From NCBI GenBank assembly GCA_013239625.1, contig MU053810.1:2801518-2865517 (forward strand): a stretch of DNA of 64,000 bases, given 5' to 3'. Under the pieces are notes generated by a model. That model searched no databases. It worked only from the letters and a program-made list of their open reading frames with translations, and had not been told where the DNA came from. Numbering within the stretch: the first letter of the stretch is position 1; each line of letters opens with the position of its first letter. Positions 1 through 11,789 of this stretch are shown here, piece by piece. Source of the stretch: Lama guanicoe (lineage: Eukaryota). The position numbers were made by a program, and so were the translations under genes.

Positions 1-3000
1 TTCTTTGCTGCCAGGCGCGGGTGCCGAGCAGGGGGACGGTTTGGAGTTGACAGATCCCAGGATTAAAGCAAGTCTGGGTTCATTGAGTATATCCCGTCCC
101 ACCCCAGGCCCGAATCCTCCTCTTTCCTGTTTGGGAAAGGCAGCCCCACGCAAACATTTCCACATCCAGCTCTTCGATTCCAGTTTTTACATCACAGGAC
201 AGACCTCAGTTTAGCCCAAGTGGAGAGTTCCACCCAGGGTTTCTTAGGCCAAGCCTCTTGAAAATGAAGGTAAAGCTGTGGTCAGAAGTCTGGAGGCACC
301 TTCTGGTCACCGCAGTAACACCTGCCTTTGTGAGACAGACTGGAAGCAAGATAATTTGGGATCAACAATTTGATATTTTATCTTAAATTTTACAAAAGGT
401 TTCTTTTTGAGCAATGACAGAAAACATGATTGTTCATTTTGCCTTGTACGTTAGGACGTAAAAATTCAAAGATGACTCCCTCATTGTCATCCAAATCTCT
501 GTCCATTTCATTTTGGAAAAGTAGGATTTTTTTTTTTAACCTGAACTTAGCAAAGACGGGCTCAGCTGAGTTAACTCCTGTAATGATCCAGGAGACACTG
601 ATCCTCACACCACGGCTTGGGGCGGTTTTGTACACGTGGTGAGGGCAACAGGCAGGCAGTCAAGTTCCTGCAGAAAGACTGGGTATTTTCATTCACTCCT
701 GCAGCAGTTTCTGGAGTGGGAGGACGCAGTGGAGGGCGCAAATAAGGGGCTAGACTTGAGGGTCCCTGCAGCGCCACCGGAGGGAGGAGGGGTGTGGCCC
801 GATCACCCCTCTTCCGCAGGGGGAAGTAACCGCACTGGGACCAGCCCGGCTCTCTTTACTGGACTTTCAGACACTAACAGCTTCCCCTGGGAATCAGATT
901 GCTAAAGTGCTTTCCCTCTCTGTGTTCTACACGAAGCCATTCTTTTTTCCTCCAGACCAGAGGAAAATAATTGCAGCGGCTTGGTTTTACAGCGTGTTAA
1001 TTTAGTTCCCCAGTGAATAAAGTTGAAGGCTGAAGGCCAAGCAGTTTACTCAAACAGGAGGCTGGGACTCCTGCCAAGACAGTGGGGTGGCTTCCAGGCC
1101 AGCCGTGCTGTGTTCGGAGCTACAGGTGGACTCATGGGGCAGGGAGGCCTATCTCGTCTCGGCCAGCACTGAGCATCCCTGCCCTTGGCATAGGGCTTCC
1201 CCGCCTCTGGGGTCCCTGTACAACGCGGCAGCCCGGGGAGCCACAAGGGAGCCCGCCTGTTGAGGGCAGGAAGAGCCGCGGCAGGAGGCCCTGCTCAGAA
1301 TGGGTTCTGACTCCTTTGTGTCCCTGCAGCACAACGCGGTCAGCCACCCATCCTCCTGGGGGAGTTGGGAGACCCTCTGGGATCTCAGGATGGACCATCC
1401 GTTAGAAGTCCCTCACAGACGGGGTGCCTGTGTGACATGCTATCCCAGCTGGGTGCACGGAGACAGGATAAACTGGGACTGTCCTGGGCCACTTGGGACA
1501 TACAGTCACTCATGTGCTTAGACCATCACAATTTTAACTGTGCCATTTAAGTTATAGGAAGAATGTAAACTGCTAAAGCAAACAACTACAAGGAATACCC
1601 TAGAGATGTGAGTCAGGCTGATGGTGTTTTAAAGGGATTAGGTCTCCACTTTCAAAGGGGTGGGTGGGCTTGGCTTGGGGGTGGCGCTGGCACATACCAA
1701 GAGGCAAGAGGCATTTTTAAGGCATCCAGAACGTGGACAGGGAAAGGCTGCTTATGATTCATTCTGAACTGAGACGGGAATCCAGAAGAGTGAGACTGCG
1801 GGCCACTATGTTCCAGTTGAAACATATCTCGTCTTGTGGGTTGGGATGTTTGCCAAACACACGTGGATCAGTCCAGGAGACAAGCGTGCAAGGCCTGTGC
1901 CTTCGCGAACTGGCTGCTGGGCGGGAACCTGCTGGAACAGTCAGGGGTTTCACAAGGACAAATGAAAGAATGGGCTTGAAAATGGGGGTGTCAGCGGTGT
2001 GACGATGGAGCTGTGAGATTTTGCCCCCGCTGGACAAAGTAAATGCAAATTACTCCAGGATAAAAGACCTGATCCCCTGGGAAGATGAGGGCAGACGCCC
2101 CTGAGCCTTGGGCCCCTGGAGGCCCCGCCGGGGGGCTGGGTGGAGGCAGAAGCCTGGGAAAGGGTAGACGATGTGCCCAGCCAGCCCAGGGTCTTCCAGA
2201 CCCAGCAAGAGCAGGCCCTGCCCCTGCACCTAGTGGGGCGAGGACTCCGAAGGACGGGGAGGTAGAATGCTGGGTCTTTTCTGTCAGAGACCACATCGGA
2301 GGAGTCTCCCTGTTCCACCTGGGGCCTCCGTGGGCTGCACCGAGAGTGAATCCCAGAGCGGAGGCTCTTAACTGTTCGGGGTGAGAAACCCTTTGGGCAC
2401 CTAAAGAAAGATGTGGACCCTCTCTCCAGAAAACTACACATTCAAAACAAAAAGAAGATTCTGCGTACCTTCAGCAGGGTTCCCAGACCCCCAGGAGTCC
2501 ACACAGTGGCCCAGGACTCCCTGGGCCCAGGTGGGGATTCCAGCCTGCGAGGCGACGAGCGCCTGGGGCCCGTGTGCCCTGTGCCCTGTGTGGACAGCCG
2601 CTGAAAATTCCGGAGCGGGAAGCCTGGATGGTCAGATAGAAAAAGGCTGGTTATTGTTTTCACTGAGCCAGATTATCCTAACTGCCAGCAGCAGCCAGCA
2701 TTATTCCCTATTTTTCCACATAAGGAATCAAGACAAAGAGGTACAAGAAGGCACTACTGAGGTGTGAAGGGAGAGAGAGGCGCACAGGCAGCGCTGCGAA
2801 GGGCGGGCCTGGGGAGCGCTTCCCCGGGGGCAGGAAGGCGGTGCCGGGCCTGGTCCCCACGCAACATGTGTCGTGCAGCTCTTTCGGAGGTGCCCTTGCA
2901 CCGAGGTGACTTCTCTCAAACTGAGCCTGGGGGGGTCTCCTGTGTGCACTCGGGAGCCCGGCCCACCGGCCCTACTTCAGCACAACTCAGCCGCTGAGTC

Positions 3001-3999
3001 CCCCCAACAGGGGTGTCCACGCAGAAAGGGCCCCTTTCTGATTCCTTTAAAGGGGCTGGTGGCAGGGCCAGTCATCAGGAGAAAACTATGTTAGGGACTC
3101 CTCCTTAATGAATCCACAAAAGATGAGGTTGGTTGGCAAATAAGGGGATTTCATCCTAAATTGTACTTCTTATGGCATCTCTGAGCTCTGTGGGGCTCTC
3201 CCCACACTGAAAGCTCAGAAAACTTGTAATGGGAATTAGGGGTGTGTGTACGTGAGACAGAAACCCAGTTGAAAGTACCGTAAGTGAAAGAGTGATTTCA
3301 TGGAAGGATGCTCACAGGATGTCACAGGGTGGACAGCCAAGCTTTATGGAAGACAGGCCGGACGCTGGACGCGGGGACAGGATGGACCCAGGGCCCGGAA
3401 GGCAGCCAGAACAATCTTCTTCTTTAAATGACAGATTTAAAAAAGAACACTCAGCCAACGGTGACAGTTCAGTCAAAACGAACAGCACAAGAAAGTGGGA
3501 CCCAGTGTCATCAGTTCCTAAAAACCTTGCCTGCGTGTTCTCTGGAAATTCTATCCGCTGGGGATGTATTTCTACCAAACCACCTTTATTTAGACCTTAT
3601 TACCTACGTCCTTGTGCATTTAGGCTTATTTTTTTTTCCTAGATACACATAACATATGCACATACATACAATTAAGATAACCCCACACTATTCCCAGCCA
3701 GCTAGCTCAATACCAGGCTGGTTTTTTTCTCCCCACACACTGGCATCCTGCTACCAAAACACTCATTAAGTGATGTGCTCTTTGGTCAAAGAAACACAGT
3801 TAAGTCTTAATTCTTACATGATAGTTCACTCATATGTTCCTTCGAAATCATACATTTGCCTGACTGCTAGAAAGCACTGTTCAGTTTGTTCCCCAGGAAA
3901 TTAAACTTTGCAATGATGAGGGGAAAAATAACCCATAAAATACCCACATCTGTTTTGTCTCCTTTAACACAGTATTTGTTTAAACAATGTAGCACAACA

Positions 4000-4016
4000 T
4001 TTATTTTAAATTTAAT
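4000..4016 (-). terminator. DNAJC1 polyadenylation signals (ATTAAA 4016-4011, AATAAA 4005-4000)
   Basis: Hexamers lie about 120-135 nt after the stop codon and are followed by TG/T-rich sequence on the minus strand. A further AATAAA lies at 3590-3585. Confidence 0.7.
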
Positions 4017-4137
4017 TTTTTTTTTTTTACTAAGGCACATGACATAGAAATGCTGAGGTACAAAATGCAAATTTCTGCATAAGATTTTTAAAATAATCAT
4101 TTTGGAAAATAAAGGTAAACATCATCTTCCAGAGGAT

Positions 4138-4206
4138 TCAGCTTTTAGCTTGTTTTTTCTTTTGGACCAGTTCAACCAGCAGCTTGTATCTAGCGATACA
4201 GTCTTC
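4138..4206 (-). CDS. DNAJC1: DNAJC1 last coding exon, EDCIARYKLLVELVQKKKQAKS*
   Basis: End of ORF 4138..4359. Acceptor (ct)n-ccag|GAA, TGA at 4140-4138. Matches the DNAJC1 C-terminus. Confidence 0.96.
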   Translation of the reverse strand, partial: EDCIARYKLLVELVQKKKQAKS

Positions 4207-6349
4207 CTGGAGAGAGAGAGAGAGAGGAGAGGGGACAGTTACTCCCACAGTCAGCGTGACCCTTGTGTGGTGAGCCAGCCTGCCTGCCCGGCGCAGACAA
4301 GGGCTCTCCTGTCCCCCTGGGGGCTCCCGGCTGAGCTGGGCAGGAGGTGTGCAGGGCACGGGGAGGAGGGGGACTGATGGCTGCAGTCTGTGGTGCAGAG
4401 GCAGTTACTGTGAGCCTGACTTCACGCTCACCAGTGGTATTTAGCATCTTAACATTTCACTATTTCATCACAGCACCGTTACTTCAGAGAAACCAAAAAC
4501 CTTGAGGCCAGGCATCAACAGTATTAACCTCCTTTGGCTTTGCCTCCCCCAGGGACCTTCCAGCGGTGAGGGGTGGGGCTTGGAGTGCGACCTATCCTCC
4601 CTCTGGCCCGTCCCAGCCCCACCGAGGTCGGCCGGCCTGCCAGGCTGCAGAGGTGCCAGCTCAGACCCCAGCTGCCGGTCTCTGTCACCCCTTGGGGTGG
4701 GGACCCCTGGATTAAGCAGGGGAGGGGCCTCACTGCTCTCCTATTTATCACAAGATACTATCTAGAATCCACTTCCATTTCTGTTCAAAAATACCCCAGT
4801 GGCACTGTAAGCCTTCACCAACGTAAGGTCAAACGCAAACTGGTTTCTGCTCCGTGGCAGGTGACTTTATCAGCTGCCCTGATAAAGAGAACAGTGTTCC
4901 CTGTCTGCAGTTTCTGAGAGAGTCTTCTAATAAGGAAGGGCCTCCTCTGCATCTCCAGAGCACCCGCCTAAATGCCAGCCTTTCCCTAGCAGTCCTGCTG
5001 CAGGCTGGAGCGCCCAGGGCGGGACACGGAGCACGCGGGGCCCAGCACCCCACCGGGGGAGGCGCCAGGCCAGCCGGGAGCCCGGGCCTCGTGGGCCTTG
5101 GGCAGAGGCTCTGCCTTCAGGGCCAGGACTCCCAGTGACTTGCGGGCCACTTCCAGGGAGCCCCACCATAGTGGATGAGCGGCAGGCAAGTTCCCCAGAC
5201 CTGGTTCTAACGTCAAGGCCTAAAGGGTGCATCTGCAGGACCGTGAAAGTGCGAAACCTCCCGCGTGAAACAGGAAGGTCTCCAAACCCCAGGCCACAGT
5301 TTCTGAGTGTCCCATCCCTAGGAATCCAGGGTTCCAGCTCCTTCACTTGAAGCCAGTGTCAATGTCATACATGTAAATGCCTGTGCCTTGACAGATGCTG
5401 GAGAAATTCAGGGGAAATGCCTTGGCAGGACAGTTAGAGAGGCTGGGAGGGTCTGTGTTTCTCAAATAGGTCAACTGTTACTGGTTTACTTTTCTCCCCA
5501 GGAATTCTAACTTCATCATTTTAAAGTAGGTGATAGAAAACTAGACCTGTACACATGGGGACATTCATGGCCACGAGCTAGATTTCCCAACAGCGAATCT
5601 CAATTAAAAAAAAGTAAGAATGTAAATGAACGTCAGCGTGCCCACAGGCCACTGCGGGACAGGCAGAGAAGGCAGGAGAGACTGGTTCTCTTGATTTCTC
5701 CATGTTCCTGGTGCCTCAGATGAAGGAAAGAAGCCCAGGAGACTGCGTCAGGAAAGTCCTGGGTTGAAAAGATCACACCATGAGGCCCTACAGCTCAGGA
5801 CTGCTGGAGCGGGAGACGGAGGCGGGGTCCAGGCTGACCTTCCACGGGGATGCCCGTCTTCCCTCCCGTCTGAGCTGTTACCTGGAAACTGTCGGCAGAT
5901 GTATTTAAGCAAATAAGTGCAAACAGGGAGGAAAGTCTATTGTAAGTAGACAGGCAAGGCTACAGAGACAAGCTGGATCCTGACACCAGTCAACCTCTCG
6001 CTGACCATCCCCCCAGCACCACCTCCGGCCTCTGGTCAACAGGTGCCCCTGGTATGTCCAGATGAAGTGACACACAGGGCTGGGGACCGTGGTGATGCCG
6101 TCTGCCTGGTTAAGGCCTCGGGAACCGCTAAGAGGGCCTGTAATTCTGAGAAACCTGCCGACCCGCCGCTGACGAGCCCCGGTTCCCTTGGCCCTCCAGG
6201 CCCTGAGGACGCTGCCCCTGCTGCTCTCAGGCTGTCCCCCCGTGGAGCCAACGCTCCAGAAGGCTGGCCGGGTTGTTGCCGGGCAAGCTGACGTTCTATG
6301 CGTGGGCTTTGCGCTGAGTCTGTATAATGGTTCAAGTCAGACTCGACCT

Positions 6350-6960
6350 CGTTTACACTAACCCATCGAGGCACCGATGCGCACGCCATCGGGAGACCTC
6401 CTGAGCGGTAACCGGTAACGAGCGACCGGGCGGCAGCTGCAGACAGACAGACAGACAGACAGGGGCGCCGGGAGGAGGGCGGGCTGGAACCGCAGCCCCG
6501 CTTCTAGAGCCGGGGCCGGGCCTTCCTCCTCGGCGTCACCCACCTTACTCTTGGACGGGACACACTTGGCTATCTTGTCCCAGCGGTCAGAGGATCCCTT
6601 TGGGTACTGCTGCAATGCTAGTTCCAGAAGTTTCTGCTGGTTCTGAGTCCAGGGCTCCTCTGCGGCCCGCGCTCGCTCCCTCTTCGGGCTCTCCTCGTCG
6701 CTGGACTCGTTCTGTTCTGACAGGTCGAAGTCCTTCTGCCTCTTGCCTCGGACCTTCTCCTCTGGTTCCGCCTTTGTGGCCGCCTCCGGGAGCCGCGCTG
6801 GCCTCCGCCTCCGGGGCCGGCTGTCCGCGCCCGCGGCCTCCGCCTCCCGCTCCTCCTCGCCCTCCTCCTCCTCCGCCTGCTCGCCCTCTTCTCTCCGGGT
6901 GATGATGTCATCCGGCAAAGAGGCGGCGGGCCTGCTGGGCTTGGAGTTCTGGGCTGTTGC
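6350..6960. other. CpG-rich, GC-rich island over the penultimate DNAJC1 exon and adjacent intron
   Basis: Dense CG dinucleotides (e.g. ccgcgcccgcggcc, gcggcccgcgctcgc) visible by eye. Confidence 0.7.
6439..6462. repeat. (CAGA)n microsatellite
   Basis: gcagacagacagacagacagacag. Confidence 0.9.
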
Positions 6961-6986
6961 CCTCAGTTCAGAGAGTCTGACCATTC
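6544..6986 (-). CDS. DNAJC1: DNAJC1 coding exon (probably exon 11), 443 nt, acidic linker and most of SANT domain 2 (GMVRLSEL...WTQNQQKLLELALQQYPKGSSDRWDKIAKCVPSKSK)
   Basis: Lies within ORF 6358..7101. Acceptor ccttcctcgcag|GA, donor AAG|gtgggt, phase 1 to 0. Confidence 0.96.
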
Positions 6987-8192
6987 CTGCGAGGAAGGAC
7001 ACACCGCAGGTCAGTTCAGGTGGCAAGAGTGACAGAGGCTGCCCCAACGCAGCAGCCGGTGGGCTAGGCATTTTGCATGTATTGTTTTCCTTATTTTTCA
7101 CGCTATTCTAGAGAGATAGGTATCAACTATCTTAACTTTACGGAGGAGGAAAGTCAGCCTCAGAAAACAGCAGAGGTGCACTTTGAACCCGGTTCTGTCT
7201 GATTCCATGTCTGTCCTTCCCTCCACTCTGAGGATTAGTGAGTGTTTACAGTCAGACTGTCATCAGAGGATGCAAAGTTCTCTTTGGGAAGGGACACCTG
7301 GGCTACTTTCTAGGTGAGGAAGGATGCAGTTCAGAACCCAGAGTTGTTATTAATTCCACGAGCACAGAGTGACCGTGCTGGCCTCCTGCGCTGGGGACAC
7401 CTGCTCTCTGCGTCAAGCCCCCTCCCTCCTCCCACCCCCCACCGGTGCCGCGCTCGACAGAAAAGGGCAAACAAACGCCCCCTCCCAGCGACAAGTGTCA
7501 TCTCAGAGACCCCCTTACCCGGTCTCCTCACACGCTGGGGACACCTCGATGCTCTAGTAAGATCTGTCTGCGCCCACCCCACACTGCCATTTCAAGAACA
7601 CACTTCTGGAGACTGTCTTGGGGGAGCTTCTTTCTCGCAACATTCATTGCCCGTTTCTGCGTCCACACCCAGACCAGCAGCCGTATTGGTACGAAAGCAA
7701 TCTGGAACTGCCCCCTTCCCCAGAGCCCTTCCGGGCAGACGTTTCAGATTGCACAGTTTGCTGGTCCCTGGCTGGTACAGGGGGGAGCGGGAAGGTTAGG
7801 AGGCATTTTCTTACTTCCTGGTTCCAAGCAAACAGTATGGGGACGCTAACAAAATTCTAGTTAGTCTTGGAGGAAATGGATTTCGAGAAACACAGACTCT
7901 TGGGGAAGGTGCTGGGTGTCTCCTGATGGGGACACTGGGTGTGCGGTGGTGACCCGCCACCAACACTCGAGAAGAACAGGTTTTACAGTTCTGCAAACTT
8001 ACTAAATACATCTTAGCAGCACTACATGTGCAGGGCTGGGTTAGCCTGCTGGTGCCTGCAATTCAGCGCCTTTTAGGGAGATGACCAGTAGAGTCCACTG
8101 GGCAAAACAATTCGACTATCGTATTAAAAGAAGTTGTTATAAAAAAGGGATTTACTTTGAGATTAACGAGAATGACGTGGGTGTTCACTCAC

Positions 8193-8241
8193 CTGGGGAG
8201 CAGGTAACTGAATCCTTCAGCTGCTTGGCTTTGGTTGTCAC
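8193..8241 (-). CDS. DNAJC1: DNAJC1 coding exon (probably exon 10), 49 nt, VTTKAKQLKDSVTCSP(G)
   Basis: Acceptor ttttgaaacag|GTGACA, donor CCAG|gtgagt. Phase 0 to 1 fits the neighbouring exons. Confidence 0.95.
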
Positions 8242-8613
8242 CTGTTTCAAAATACAAAAGCAGAGAAAATCTTACTTTCCACATGTCTCTTGTGGGTCAT
8301 GGAACCTAATTTATACATGGTCCGATGAATGAATAGGGTTTTCTGAATCTTAGGCCTGGATGGACCTTCAGCCATCAGTTCAATCCATTTTTTTTAACCA
8401 ACAAGGAAATCAAAGCCCAGAGAGTAAATGAATTGCTCCAAAATATCCATCTAATCAAGTGGCAGAGTCGGAATGAGAACTCAGGTCACCTGATTACTTC
8501 TGGTTCAGGACAGTGACATTATCCAAGGTGCCTCTGAAGATATACTAGTTTTGAAATCACTATACACGCAGGCGATGTTTTTTACTTAGAATTTCCTGGA
8601 AGAAAGTATCTTT

Positions 8614-8699
8614 CAGCCACTCTTGCCTTCTGAGACTAACTGCATTCTGCCAATGGAATGTGTATCTCTCCAAATAAACTTGCTTTTACTTAAAAAAAA
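8614..8699 (+). mobile_element. 3' tail of a cetartiodactyl SINE (CHR-L-like), 5'-truncated
   Basis: cagccactcttgccttctgagact...tgtgtatctctccaaataaacttgcttttactt followed by an A-run. Family assignment is from recalled consensus. Confidence 0.5.
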
Positions 8700-8919
8700 C
8701 TTCATTGGAGAATATTACACCAATGAGTATTATGAACAGTGAGGAAATATACTCTTAAGCTAATGATGTTATTAAAGTCTTTCTTTTCCTTGCATCCCAG
8801 AAAGAAATTCTAAGAGCACATAAGACACTAGAGGAAGGACCTTGTGGTGGACTAGGGCAGCTGGACCCAAGAACTGTGAGACATTTACAAACACGAGTGT
8901 GGAGCCACAGAAATAATTC

Positions 8920-9440
8920 TGTTCTCTTTCCATTACATAAATGGTATCGTATTATCTTACCCTATAGCTTGCTTTTTAAAAATTTTACAATGTCTTGGAG
9001 ATCTACAGATAGAGTTCCCTTTTAAAAACTGAGATAAAATTTACACAGAACGGAATGTACAGATTTAAATGTACATTTCAGTAAGTTTTGACCCCAAGAA
9101 AGATCCATGTGACCAACATTCTAATCAAATTATGGAACATTCCTGTTACCCCAAAAAATTCCCTGTGCCCCTAAGCCCATCTCTACCCTCCTGTAGACAA
9201 CCACTGTTCTGATTTCTATTATATGTTTTAAACAGGAGATCAAAATTAATTTAAAAAATTAAAAGTGGATAGTTAATTGCCCCAATACATTTATTAAACA
9301 AGGCATCCTTTATGTAAAATCTTAACTTTATTAAAATTACATTCCATTGTATACATGGGCTATTTTTCTATACTTTGTATTCCATGTCATTAATCCATGT
9401 AAATTCTTGAACCAGTACTTCTCTGCTTTAATGAAATTTC
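8920..9440 (-). mobile_element. Old L1M fragments (3' end region)
   Basis: gagataaaatttacacag...gtaagttttgac...gacaaccactgttctgatttct resembles the reverse complement of ancient L1 3' ends. Confidence 0.6.
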
Positions 9441-9459
9441 AGAGTAAAACCTCAGAAAG

Positions 9460-9690
9460 CATTCTTGTGAAGAGCTCAGAGCTACAGCTCATGTTCAGTC
9501 TTGGTTCCACCTCTCATTAGCTGGGTAACCTCGAGCATTTCCAATCCTTTCTCTGTTTCGTGTGTGACCCTCCATAATATGTGGATAAAACTGGTAATAC
9601 CTTTGTCTGTTAGGGATGTGTTTAGTTGGAAATAACTCTTAGCATGATACCTAGCAGATATTAAAGGCTCAGTGAATATTACTGGTTATA
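9460..9690 (+). mobile_element. MIR SINE
   Basis: ggttccacctctcattagctgggtaacctcgagca...ggctcagtgaatatt follows the MIR core and tail. Confidence 0.6.
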
Positions 9691-10653
9691 ACTGATGTGG
9701 ATCATTTGTTTTCCATTCACAGAAAGGGCAGAATCAGAGGAAATATTTAAAGCTGCTTAGAAACGCTCTTCAATTTTATTCCCTATCTTCCTCTCTATGG
9801 ATGACCCTGCTTCTTATTTTATGGAAAAAAAAATAGAAGTTTATCCAACATGAGCTTCCTTGACTTTCAACTTTCCCAAATCAAAATTTTTTTTTTGCAT
9901 CACCATATATCTTTCCCACATTTTATCTCAATTCAAAGAAACCATCTTCCTTCCTCTTGAATCCTTACTGAACTGTGTCCCATCCATTACTTTCCTTTGC
10001 TTTTGTCTCCCTGTCCCTCAGATACATCTCATACACCTTCACACCTTCAAAGTGGTTTTCTGCTCTGGAAGACTGTCTTCCTTGGAGGTGTCTTTTCCAT
10101 CCCACGGTTGCCTCTCCCTTTCTGTGGATGCTCCTTCCCCGGCCCCCGCTACGCACTCCTCCCCATGCTCCATGATACAGTTCTCTTCAACATTCTGTCT
10201 TTGCCTTTCATGCGTTCTTTCCCCTTTGGTATCTCACACCATCTGTTCAGTGAAACTTTAGAAAAGAAATGATTAATCTATATCCCTGGCCCCCGACTCT
10301 GCCTTGGCATGCCAGTCTCACAGAAATTGACCACATGACAACGGGTCATCAGATCTGAAAAGGACTTCATCTGTGTAACAGTAAGTTTTCTATGTTCCAG
10401 AATTGTTCTAAATAAGACGTGTGTGTACACATACTCCTCGGCAGCCATATTACATAGGTATATAATTATCCCTATTTTACAGACTTCTGAGGCCCAGAGA
10501 GAATAGGTCTACGATTAAAAGGCCAATGAGTAGCTGAACCCAGGCAAGTCAGGCTCTAAAATATTTATTCTTGACCACTTTAACAAACTGCCTTCTGAAT
10601 CCAAATGTCTTTATTTTATAGATGAGGAAATAGGCCAAGTTCTCTTTGTGCTA

Positions 10654-11070
10654 TACAGTTGTCCCTCGGTCTCCCTGGGGACTGGTTCCAGGACCCTCCT
10701 CGAGGATGCTCAAGTTCCTTATCTAAAATAACATAGTATTGGGAGACAGTTCAGTGGTAGAGTGCCTGCCTAGCATGCACAAGGTCCTGAGTTCAATCCC
10801 CAGTGCCTCCACTTAAAAAAATAAGTGAATAAATAAACCTCTTTCCCTAAAAAAAAAGAAAAAGAAAATGACAAATGACCTAAGCATATCCTCTTGTATA
10901 TTTTAAATCATCTCTAGATTACTTACGATACCTAATACAATGTAAATGCTGTTTAAATAGTTGCCCATGTGGGGCAAATTCAAGTTTTGCTTTTTGGAAC
11001 TTTCTGAACTGTTTTCCCCCAAGTATTTCCCATCTGAGGTTGGTTGAATCTGCAGATGTGGTGCCGACTA
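10654..11070. mobile_element. MER2-type Tigger MITE interrupted by a SINE
   Basis: Begins tacagttgtccctcgg...ggttccaggaccc, contains aaatcatctctagattactt..acctaatacaatgtaaatgc, and ends ggttggttgaatctgcagatg. Confidence 0.8.
10741..10868 (+). mobile_element. Camelid tRNA-Ala-derived SINE (vic-1-like), nested in the MER2 element
   Basis: tcagtggtagagtgcctgcctagcatgcacaaggtcctgagttcaatccccagtgcctcca (A and B boxes) plus an A-rich tail. Confidence 0.85.
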
Positions 11071-11119
11071 CCACGTGGTTCCCTCTTCAACTGCCATGAA
11101 GTCTCGTATGTAGAGGTCT

Positions 11120-11750
11120 CCTAGCTCCTCAAACTAACAGAGCCTGAGCTAAGCTCATCACCTCTGCTCTTCCTTCCTCTTCTTAGTGGTAGTTCTATCT
11201 TCCCAGTCACCCAGGCTCGAAACCAGATAATCAGCTTTTGGACATTTTTCCTCCCTCCCCAGTCAGCCACCATGCTCCTCACAAGATTGGTGCCTTCTCT
11301 GTCAGATCTCCACCTCCTGTGTTGTCCTCCAGTCTCACCTGACTGAATTCATACAACAGCATTCTAACTGGCCCACAACTTGCTTACTAGCAGTTCCTAT
11401 AGAACAACATCCCTAAGGCAGAGTTCTAGTCAAATATCTTTGACGGCCCATCAATGACAATAAAGTGTTCAATTCTCACCTCGATGTGCAAGGAAACCCA
11501 CAGTCTGATCTGTTCTCTTTCCTGTACGCATCCTTCCTTCCAGCAAACTAAAACAATGAACGCCCCCAAGATGGTCAGAAATTCCCTACCCTGCACTCTT
11601 GGACACTATTAAGATTTGTCAGAAGTGATTTTCCTTTCTTCATCAAACCTCTGCTTAAGTATCTATCCGTCCAGAGCAAAACCATCCTTCAGGGCACTCT
11701 CAACTGTGACTTTCCTCTTGAAGACTTCCCTAATGTCCACTACCAGGGCT
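11120..11750 (+). mobile_element. Degenerate L2 LINE fragment
   Basis: cccagtcacccaggctcgaaacc and pyrimidine-rich L2-like motifs. Confidence 0.5.
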
Positions 11751-11789
11751 ACCAATTTTGGTGACAATTCTCCCCCATCTCAATTTCTA

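Noticed and set aside
5..6400. Many overlapping 60-160 aa ORFs on both strands
   Set aside because: They are Pro/Gly/Arg/Ala-rich with no recognisable domain, as expected from stop-codon scarcity in GC-rich DNA. The exception is the DNAJC1 last exon.
6358..7101. 247-aa ORF as a standalone gene or intron-retained isoform
   Set aside because: Only 6986-6544 matches DNAJC1 and is bounded by canonical splice sites. The open extensions run through GC-rich intron and a CAGA repeat, and look like chance read-through.
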